NCBI GenBank assembly: GCA_016206085.1
Contig: JACQSF010000034.1
Span: forward strand, 26 to 64,025
DNA length: 64,000 bases
Reading direction: 5' to 3'
Origin: Candidatus Uhrbacteria bacterium
GTDB lineage: Bacteria > Patescibacteriota > Patescibacteriia > UBA9934 > GWF2-40-263
In this document: positions 51,608-58,716 of the stretch, in pieces
Numbering within the stretch: position 1 is the stretch's first letter
Layout of the letters: each line of letters starts with the position of its first letter
Notes under the pieces: model-generated
What the model was told of the DNA's origin: nothing
The model's input: the letters and a program-made list of their open reading frames with translations, nothing else
Databases searched by the model: none
Made by a program: the position numbers and the translations under genes

Positions 51608-52501
51608 ATGAACATCGGAATTCTCATTTTCTCCGGATCGCGCGATGAGGGCTATACGGGTGTCGATCGCCTCGTGGAAGCAGGCCAGGCGGCGGGGCAT
51701 ACGATCGTAAAAATTTACGAGCCGCATCTTTCATCTTTGGATGGACAGATTTTTCAGGACGGCCAGCCACTCCCCACACTCGACCTCATCATCTCTCGAC
51801 CAAACTTTGTCGAGGAACCAAGTCTTCGCACCTATGCGATCCAGCTTCTCAAAGATGCTGGGTATCGAATCGTAAATGGAAACGTCGGATTTACCTGGGC
51901 AAAAAACAAACTCATACAGCACGTCCTCTTTGCACAACATAGACTCCCCTGTCCACGCTGGGGCATCGCCCGCAAACCCGACGATGCGGTGGCGGTCGCC
52001 AAAAAACTGGGCTTCCCCACCATTGTAAAAGTTGCGTTCGGGACGCATGGTAAGGGTGTCTTCCTTGCCAAAGATGAGGAGTCTCTCTGGCCCATCGTTG
52101 ATTACCTTGGTATCCGCGATGGGAACCCCATGATCGTCGAAGAGTTTATCGCGGAGGCAAAATCGTCGGATCTGCGAGCGTTCGTCATTGGGGGAAACGT
52201 CGTTGCAGCTATGCAGCGAACAGCCTCGGCTGGAGATATACGTGCAAACACGTCAAACGGTGGAACCGGATCGATCGTGGAACTCAGAGAAGAAGAACGT
52301 GCGCTTGCTGTGCGCGCCGCTGAGGTTTTTGATCTGGAGATCGCGGGTGTAGATCTCATCCGCTCAAATCGCGGGACGCTCATTCTTGAGATAAACGCGA
52401 ACCCTGGATTCAAGGAACTCGAGGCTGTGACAAAGATCGACATCTCCCGGTTGATTATCGATTATGCCGTATCAACGATTCCACTTCAGGATTCACGATG
52501 A
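51608..52501 (+). CDS. rimK: RimK-family ATP-grasp alpha-L-glutamate ligase
   Basis: ATP-grasp blocks FPTIVKVAFGTHGKGV, DLRAFVIGG, AGVDLI...LEINANPG. Confidence 0.8.
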   Translation: MNIGILIFSGSRDEGYTGVDRLVEAGQAAGHTIVKIYEPHLSSLDGQIFQDGQPLPTLDLIISRPNFVEEPSLRTYAIQLLKDAGYRIVNGNVGFTWAKNKLIQHVLFAQHRLPCPRWGIARKPDDAVAVAKKLGFPTIVKVAFGTHGKGVFLAKDEESLWPIVDYLGIRDGNPMIVEEFIAEAKSSDLRAFVIGGNVVAAMQRTASAGDIRANTSNGGTGSIVELREEERALAVRAAEVFDLEIAGVDLIRSNRGTLILEINANPGFKELEAVTKIDISRLIIDYAVSTIPLQDSR

Positions 52502-52796
52502 CGCTTTCTCATGTCAATAAGGTATTGTTTGCTATAAGTAAAGTTCACGACATCGTTGACGCTCGTCTAACGAAATGTTACTCTTGCGACCGTAAGTAAT
52601 CGATATTGCTCGCTCCACTCCCGGATATCGTCCTGGACGATATCCGATCGTTCCGTTCGAATGGAAAAAACGGAAGTGTTTTTTACATCACTCACTTCGC
52701 TCCCGGATCTGCCCTCGACACGCTTCGCGGTTCTCGGTCAGATTCCGGTCGTTCGCTCGAGAAAGCCCGAGCAAGCTCAGGCTTTCCCTCACTCAC

Positions 52797-52870
52797 TCCC
52801 GGATCGTCTAACGGCAGGACGACTGGTTCTGGTCCAGTTAATCGGGGTTCGAATCCCTGTCCGGGAACCA
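52797..52870 (+). tRNA. tRNA-Gln (anticodon CUG), CCA encoded
   Basis: Acceptor TCCCGGA/TCCGGGA (U1:A72), D-arm GTCT-AACGGCA-GGAC, anticodon arm ACTGG-TTCTGGT-CCAGT, T-arm CGGGG-TTCGAAT-CCCTG, ACCA. Confidence 0.85.
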
Positions 52871-52991
52871 CAAAATTACTCACCTTTTGGTGGGTGATTT
52901 TGTTTTCTTTAACTTATCAACACTTGAACCAAAATAGTATTCATGATAGTCTTCTGCCGCGTTGCTATCCTCATTACGCTAAAGGAGTTCT

Positions 52992-53153
52992 GTGCTGACC
53001 ATCATCTGTGCTTGGTGCAATAAACATCTCGGAGAAAAGCCGGCTGTCCTGTTCGGCGTCTCCCATGGCATCTGCGCTTCCTGTCGGGACACGCTCATGG
53101 AAGAGGAGGAACCCCCCAAGGATCCTCCCCCTGAAATGGAGTCCACATGCTAA
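52992..53153 (+). CDS. Unannotated 53-aa zinc-ribbon-like small protein (below the ORF-track cutoff)
   Basis: AGGAG lies 6 nt upstream of GTG 52992. VLTIICAWCNKHLGEKPAVLFGVSHGICASCRDTLMEEEEPPKDPPPEMESTC with two CxxC pairs. TAA at 53151-53153. Confidence 0.5.
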   Translation: MLTIICAWCNKHLGEKPAVLFGVSHGICASCRDTLMEEEEPPKDPPPEMESTC

Positions 53154-53245
53154 ACGTAAAAGCAGGCACATGATTTCCCACGTCTACGCCTGAGGCAATG
53201 CACTCCCTGCCCACCCTAGCTCAACAAGCGACGGCGGGCTTTTTT

Positions 53246-54733
53246 TTACACAAGACTTCCTCCAAACTCTTGCAGAAGCACTCCGACCGTTTCATCCTCT
53301 GATGCCTTCATTTTTTTCTGAATAGCTTTCACGCGTAGTTTCTTTCCCAGTACCTGCTCAAAGACCCCCTCGATAAGCCGTCGATTCTTTTCTTGATTAA
53401 TCGTCTCGACATACAAACCATACTCAAACCCAAGCTCCACATGCTCTCCTTCTATGCCACAGACCTCGCAGGATTGCATCAACAAAGGAAGCGAAGTGTT
53501 ACACGACTTGATCTGTTCGTACACTTCTGGCCATTTATTTTTGACGTCTTCCAGACTGATGATGGGAACAGTATCGAAGATAATCCTATTCTCGTCATTG
53601 CGAGGGAGCTCTGCGACCGAAGCAATCTCCAAATCGGTGGATTGCTTCGCGTGGCTCGCAATGACATCGATATGCATCGAATCAACCCCCTGCTTCTGAA
53701 AATCCAGCCCGCAAATCTTGATCACAGCCAGCTCAACGGGAAGTTGCGGCAACTGTTCGTTGGCTCGTGTTCGCTGTGTTGCCAACAATTCCTCTATCGC
53801 CGTTTGTAAAAAGCTAACGGAAAATTCCTTCTGTGTTCCCCCAACCGTCTCCAGCAGTCGATCACGCAACCAAGAAATCGTATCTGAAACAAATTGTCGG
53901 AGGTCGACGCCTGACTCGAGATATTCGTTGAGCTGCGTGATCGCTTGAGCTGCCGTATGGTCTTTCAGGGATCCGACGAACGCTTCTACAAGAACGATTT
54001 GAGTCGCAGGCAGCACCAGCGATGCTTCCTTCATTCCAATTTCCATTTCCCCAAGGGCTAACACTTGTCCCAAAAGACTCTCCGCATCACGCGCACATCC
54101 GCCGCTATGCCGAGCGATCTCACGTAATACCACCTCGTCCACCTTCACTCCTTCTTCTTTCACAATTCCTTTCATGCGTTCCACAAGTTCATCCGAGCTG
54201 ATCCGTTTAAAATCAAACCGCTGGCAACGACTGATGATCGTTTCAGGAACTTTGTGGATCTCGGTCGTCGCCAACACAAACAGCACGTGCTCTGGTGGTT
54301 CCTCAAGGGTTTTCAAAAGCGCATTAAAGGCCGAGGTCGAAAGCATGTGTACCTCGTCAATGATATACACTTTCTTTTTCAACACATTAGGAGCAAAGCG
54401 CACTGAATCGATCACCGTTTCACGGACGTTGTCGACACCCGTGTGCGATGCCGCATCAATTTCATACACATCTAATGCTTGTCCTGAAGCAATCGAAACA
54501 CAGGCATCGCAGGTATTGCAGGGCTCATTCTTTTTTGGCGAAAGACAATTCACCAGCTTGGCAATAAGCCGAGCGGTGGTTGTTTTTCCTACACCGCGAG
54601 GACCCGTAAACAAATAGGCGTGAGCGGTAGACCCAGAGGCATGTTGGTTCTGCAATGTTCGAACCACATGCTCCTGCCCGCTCACCTCCTGAAATGTTTT
54701 GGGTCGATAGGTGCGATAGAGAACTTTAGACAT
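53246..54733 (-). CDS. dnaX: DNA polymerase III subunit gamma/tau
   Basis: YRPKTFQEVSGQEHV, Walker A GPRGVGKTT, Zn module CNTCDAC, SRC motif ISRCQRF. Confidence 0.9.
   Translation of the reverse strand: MSKVLYRTYRPKTFQEVSGQEHVVRTLQNQHASGSTAHAYLFTGPRGVGKTTTARLIAKLVNCLSPKKNEPCNTCDACVSIASGQALDVYEIDAASHTGVDNVRETVIDSVRFAPNVLKKKVYIIDEVHMLSTSAFNALLKTLEEPPEHVLFVLATTEIHKVPETIISRCQRFDFKRISSDELVERMKGIVKEEGVKVDEVVLREIARHSGGCARDAESLLGQVLALGEMEIGMKEASLVLPATQIVLVEAFVGSLKDHTAAQAITQLNEYLESGVDLRQFVSDTISWLRDRLLETVGGTQKEFSVSFLQTAIEELLATQRTRANEQLPQLPVELAVIKICGLDFQKQGVDSMHIDVIASHAKQSTDLEIASVAELPRNDENRIIFDTVPIISLEDVKNKWPEVYEQIKSCNTSLPLLMQSCEVCGIEGEHVELGFEYGLYVETINQEKNRRLIEGVFEQVLGKKLRVKAIQKKMKASEDETVGVLLQEFGGSLV
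53594..53665. repeat. 72-nt GTCATTGCGAG-family palindromic element inserted in frame in dnaX
   Basis: GTCATTGCGAG...GAAGCAATC-tccaaatcggtg-GATTGCTTC...CTCGCAATGAC. It encodes VIASHAKQSTDLEIASVAELPRND in the dnaX linker. Confidence 0.75.
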
Positions 54734-54743
54734 AGGGGGCAGA

Positions 54744-54800
54744 CTGTTAGGTTGTAGGCTGTTAGGGTGTAGGAACTCGAAACGCTACAACCTACAACCT
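54744..54800. repeat. Two 15-nt direct repeats folding against a complementary arm (intergenic hairpin)
   Basis: CTGTTAGGTTGTAGG and CTGTTAGGGTGTAGG (54744-54773). CTACAACCTACAACCT (54785-54800) is complementary to AGGTTGTAGGcTGTtAG. Confidence 0.6.
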
Positions 54801-54814
54801 ATCTGCCTATTAGC

Positions 54815-55432
54815 CTAGTTGTTCAAACGTTCTACCGCTGCCCAAACGGAAGTTCCTCCGCTTGGAATAAGGATCACAACTTCATCACCCGGAATCCCCT
54901 TGAAGTAAGAGACGCTCGCGACAAGGACTTTATACACGTCTTGATCGACCTGCACAATCGGTTCCTGTGTGGATGAATCTATGCCGAGTCTTCCAACCAA
55001 GCGGCGACGTTCCACCGGACCAATTTGTTTAAATACGTAATTTCCGTTTAATTTTACTATGAGTTTGAGGATATCCCCCTCAACGAGCTTGGACTTAGAC
55101 GCGTAATTCTCCGGTACGGTATAGCGCACCCCATCAGCCCCGACCATCCCCTGGCCATCAAAAACACCCTCAATCACTCGCATCTCCATACCGGACTCGA
55201 GTTCGGTCTCGACCAATTTCTTCTGTGAAACAAAATGAACCATTTGTCTCGTGGCACGTGTCGTATCCCCCTCTTCGAGTAACTGAATCACGTGCGACAA
55301 ACTGTCACGGGTTTGTTTAAGCATTTGCAGGGCGAGTCGATTGCGTGCGTCGCCATGCTCACGCTGGTTTGCATGTACGTCAACATCCGGCTCCGTTTCA
55401 AATGTGTAGGTATCTCCTTCACTCTCAGACAT
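54815..55432 (-). CDS. Hypothetical protein (205 aa)
   Basis: ORF only; acidic N-terminus. No recognised motif. Confidence 0.6.
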   Translation of the reverse strand: MSESEGDTYTFETEPDVDVHANQREHGDARNRLALQMLKQTRDSLSHVIQLLEEGDTTRATRQMVHFVSQKKLVETELESGMEMRVIEGVFDGQGMVGADGVRYTVPENYASKSKLVEGDILKLIVKLNGNYVFKQIGPVERRRLVGRLGIDSSTQEPIVQVDQDVYKVLVASVSYFKGIPGDEVVILIPSGGTSVWAAVERLNN

Positions 55433-55440
55433 AGATTACT

Positions 55441-55567
55441 TTGAATTACGAAACTCGATGAGATTTGCGTGAACGGGCTGACGATCCCCGCGAACCCTAT
55501 GAAAACATAGGGAGAGCGGGGTCGGCGGGCGCCCGTGAACGCAAAGATCGCGAGTTTCGTAATTCAA
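55441..55567. repeat. Long nested hairpin element D (127 nt), ATGAGAT...AGATCG family
   Basis: TTGAATTACGAAACTCG (55441-55457) is the perfect rc of 55551-55567. Inner stems are TTTGCG/CGCAAA, GGGC/GCCC, CCCCGC/GCGGGG and CCCTAT/ATAGGG. Confidence 0.7.
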
Positions 55568-55573
55568 CATAGG

Positions 55574-58129
55574 TTAAAATTCGCTTACTTCTGGAATGGC
55601 AGGAACTACTCCTCCCCGATTTCCCAGCGCCGTTCGCTCCATAATCTCGGCCTCGACAATCGCCCGATCGCGACCATACTTCAGACGTGAAAGTTCCTTA
55701 ATCGCGTTGGCAAGCTCTACATCTCCTTTAGGTGGTGGGGTGAAATTGAGGGTGAACGGTTTCTGCTGGGCGTTATCGACAATCATTTTAACGTACCAGG
55801 TAAATTTATCCGAATTGATGAGATCGTATCCGGAAAATTCCGGTGCATAAATCTTCTCAAGTGTTTCCACGTCCTCAGGACCGATACGAGCAACAAAATT
55901 CGTCCCCACGTTCCCAAAGACGGCATCACGAATCTTTGTATCATTATTTTTGACGAGCTGTCCGATGTACTGGTGCGCGATAATGAGATTTAATCGATAC
56001 TTACGAGCCTCGGACAAAATGGTCGCGATGGAATCGGTAATAAAATTTTGGAACTCGTCAATATAGAGGTAAAAATCATGACGCTGATCCTCCGGGAGAT
56101 CTGCCCGTGTGAGCGCGGCCATCTGAAGTTTAGAAACGATAACAAGTCCAAGAAGCTCGGCATTGACATCTCCCGTCTTTCCCTTGGAAAGGTTCACGAG
56201 CAAAATCTTCTTGTTGTCCATGATATCACGGAAGTTGAAACTCGACTTGGCCTGACCGATGATGTTGCGCATCATTTCGTTTTCGACAAAGCGACCAACC
56301 TTGGACACAAGGTACCCCATCATTTCTGACTTATGATAGTCGCTCGTGTTGTCAATTTCGTCTTCCCAGAAAGATCGCACGACCGGATCTTTCAGTCTAG
56401 AACGCCAAAGATCTTGAAACTTCTTGTCCGTCACCATGCGCGGGATCTCCGCGATGGTTCCTGGATTCTCCGGATCTGCCATGAGCGTCAACATGAAGTT
56501 GCGCATCTGGTGCTCGAACATCGGACCGATCATCTCTGGCGGGAACAACTTGTAAAAAATCGAGATCATTTCCTGCACAGCAAAATCCTTCATGGCGTCG
56601 TTGGGCGCCTCAAGCATATTAAGACCCATGGGACGTTCCATATCCGATGGATTAAAAACGACCACGTCGTCCACGCGTTCTTTGGGAATATTCGCCAAAA
56701 TAAGTTCGATGAGATCCCCGTGTGGCTCCACGACCGCCACACCATGACCCGCCTTAATATCCTGGATGGCAAGGGCAGCGATAAGCTGAGACTTTCCGGA
56801 ACCGGATTTACCTACCACGTACATATGGCGGGTACGGTCGACGGACCTCATCCAAATGGGAGTACGAATTCCACGGAACATGTTGTACCCAAGCTCAATA
56901 TCTCCGTCCTCTGGCCCAGGGATTCCCGAAGGTGCCGGACCTTTGCGTGCGCCGAGCCACTTGATATTGGGTGTCTCGGTCCAGGGAAGAGGAAGATGCC
57001 ACAAACTCGCCATCTCCTCCGCATTGAGGACGATCGTATTGCTCTGGTTGAAGCCTCGATAAATAAAATCCCGGATGATACGTTTCTTGCGTCCTGGAAC
57101 AACCTTCACGAACGAATTTCCATATTCATAAATGTTGTACTGGGCAAAAGCATTCAACATGTTCTGCAAAAGCGTCTGAGCATTTTGCAACGACTTGGAT
57201 GAGGTCACAAGACGAATACACACATCCATTCCCGCTTTGCTCGCTTTGGTCTCAAGACCTTTGACGATTTGTTCCTCTAAAGGCGAAAGTCGATATTCTT
57301 TTTCTGGTTCTTGCGGCTTGTTTCCCCCAAATCCTGCAAGCTCAGCCCAACCAACCTTTCCCTTCTTCTTTCCTTTCAACGCCTCAGTAAGTTTCATTCC
57401 CTGCTGCATGTTACTGGCGATTTTTATCCCTTTCTTGCGCCACTTCGCATAGGAAGAACGCACCAAAAACTGAAACGCCGCGCCACCCCCTTCCGGAATT
57501 TTTGAAAGCACATTTGTGATCGCGTTGAGCGGATCCTTCTCAAGTTCCCGATAGGTCTTGATTGGGAACGCATGCTCCCGACGAAAGACAAGATGACTTC
57601 CCAGGATGACGCCATCGGGTTGGAAGATATTGTAATCTTCGACTTCCTCGGTATAGGCGTCTGGATAGGCTGCGGAGAGTTGTTGTTCGAGAAACTCACG
57701 CAGCTCAACAGGGGAACTCACATAAAACTTGATGAGCTTTTTCTCAACCACAATCTCAAACGAAAACTCATCCTGCCGTCCCAAGAACCACGCCTTAAAA
57801 CCACGCTGAGCCTTAAGCCCGCCGACAGAAGAGAAGAACGACTCGGAAGCCGCTATGGCCTCCTGTACCTGATCTTTCGACGGACCACGTTCACTTTCCT
57901 CTTCTCGACGAAATTTTGGGAGAGTCACCAGCAAGGTCACACGACGAAACGTTGCCTGTTTTGCCAGCGAAAGTCGGTGCAGGATAAAGCGGCCAAGAGA
58001 CAGAAACCCGATCAAAACTCCCAGGCCAAGAACACCCCACAAAATAACTCCAGCCATAAAAAGATCCCCCTGCGCCGCCCTGGCAACGGATGATGTGTCG
58101 GCTTGCATCCCAAATTGAAGTACGTACAT
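55574..58129 (-). CDS. Type IV secretion coupling protein-like (TraG/TraD/VirD4-type) membrane ATPase
   Basis: N-terminal TM. Walker A VVGKSGSGKS. Walker B FYLYIDEFQNF. ARKYRLNLIIAHQ. ATG 58129 overlaps the upstream stop (TGATG). Confidence 0.65.
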   Translation of the reverse strand: MYVLQFGMQADTSSVARAAQGDLFMAGVILWGVLGLGVLIGFLSLGRFILHRLSLAKQATFRRVTLLVTLPKFRREEESERGPSKDQVQEAIAASESFFSSVGGLKAQRGFKAWFLGRQDEFSFEIVVEKKLIKFYVSSPVELREFLEQQLSAAYPDAYTEEVEDYNIFQPDGVILGSHLVFRREHAFPIKTYRELEKDPLNAITNVLSKIPEGGGAAFQFLVRSSYAKWRKKGIKIASNMQQGMKLTEALKGKKKGKVGWAELAGFGGNKPQEPEKEYRLSPLEEQIVKGLETKASKAGMDVCIRLVTSSKSLQNAQTLLQNMLNAFAQYNIYEYGNSFVKVVPGRKKRIIRDFIYRGFNQSNTIVLNAEEMASLWHLPLPWTETPNIKWLGARKGPAPSGIPGPEDGDIELGYNMFRGIRTPIWMRSVDRTRHMYVVGKSGSGKSQLIAALAIQDIKAGHGVAVVEPHGDLIELILANIPKERVDDVVVFNPSDMERPMGLNMLEAPNDAMKDFAVQEMISIFYKLFPPEMIGPMFEHQMRNFMLTLMADPENPGTIAEIPRMVTDKKFQDLWRSRLKDPVVRSFWEDEIDNTSDYHKSEMMGYLVSKVGRFVENEMMRNIIGQAKSSFNFRDIMDNKKILLVNLSKGKTGDVNAELLGLVIVSKLQMAALTRADLPEDQRHDFYLYIDEFQNFITDSIATILSEARKYRLNLIIAHQYIGQLVKNNDTKIRDAVFGNVGTNFVARIGPEDVETLEKIYAPEFSGYDLINSDKFTWYVKMIVDNAQQKPFTLNFTPPPKGDVELANAIKELSRLKYGRDRAIVEAEIMERTALGNRGGVVPAIPEVSEF

Positions 58130-58662
58130 CACAAATCTTCGCTTCGCTTTTTTTCTTCCTCGCTTACGAACAAAATTTTATCGGTCTTAATTTTTGCCTC
58201 CTGCTCCAAAAAAAATCGATTCACACCAGGGATGATCTTGAGCCAGTCTCGAATGAGATGAAAAATCTTTTTCGCGTTGATCTTGGCCGAACGAACGATT
58301 TGACGAATCCTGGAGCGCGTCTGCTCGCCCTTTTCACAAAACTCTGCCTGCTTGTCTGGTGACATCGTCAGGTACAACTCCTTCAAATCCTCCTCAAGAA
58401 TATCCTCAATTTCCTCCTCCAGTTTGTCAGTTTGCTTTATCCCAACCGACGCAGCCCTGCGTGATGTCACAAGCTGATCCTTGTGTGAAGTCTCCCCTAC
58501 CGGAGAAGATTCTGATGACGAAGAACGCTCTGGTTCTCTTGGTTGTTCTACTACCGACTCCTGGCTGGTCTGGATCTCCACCACCGGTTCAGAACCCCGA
58601 GGAACCTCTTTTGTCTCGGGAGTTTGAATTCCTATTTTTTGCTTGAGGATATCTTTTGCCAT
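58129..58662 (-). CDS. Hypothetical protein (177 aa), translationally coupled to the T4CP-like gene
   Basis: ORF only. Ser/Glu-rich N-terminal half. Confidence 0.55.
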   Translation of the reverse strand: MAKDILKQKIGIQTPETKEVPRGSEPVVEIQTSQESVVEQPREPERSSSSESSPVGETSHKDQLVTSRRAASVGIKQTDKLEEEIEDILEEDLKELYLTMSPDKQAEFCEKGEQTRSRIRQIVRSAKINAKKIFHLIRDWLKIIPGVNRFFLEQEAKIKTDKILFVSEEEKKRSEDL

Positions 58663-58680
58663 ATCGCAAATATTCTACCA

Positions 58681-58716
58681 CAAAACAAAGAGAACGCGGG
58701 GTTTTTGCGTTCTCTT
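58681..58716 (-). terminator. Rho-independent terminator of cysS
   Basis: Minus sense: AAGAGAACGC-aaaaacccc-GCGTTCTCTT followed by TGTTTTGT. Confidence 0.7.

Noticed and set aside
52606-52998. ORFs 52606..52998(+), 52661..52897(+) and 52692..52883(-)
   Set aside because: They run through tRNA-Gln and the tRNA-like repeats (typical GFEPR/antisense tRNA peptides). They have no RBS or motifs.
54734-54814. SRP (4.5S) RNA gene, often found immediately upstream of dnaX
   Set aside because: The hairpin lacks the conserved helix-8 features (GNAR tetraloop with flanking AGCA/GGA symmetric loop). It consists of short direct repeats instead.
55441-55567. Hammerhead ribozyme, because CGAAAC and GAUGAG occur together in element D
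   Set aside because: The two motifs are only 2 nt apart and in the wrong order to enclose stems I-III, and element A lacks CGAAAC. They do not fit the hammerhead core.
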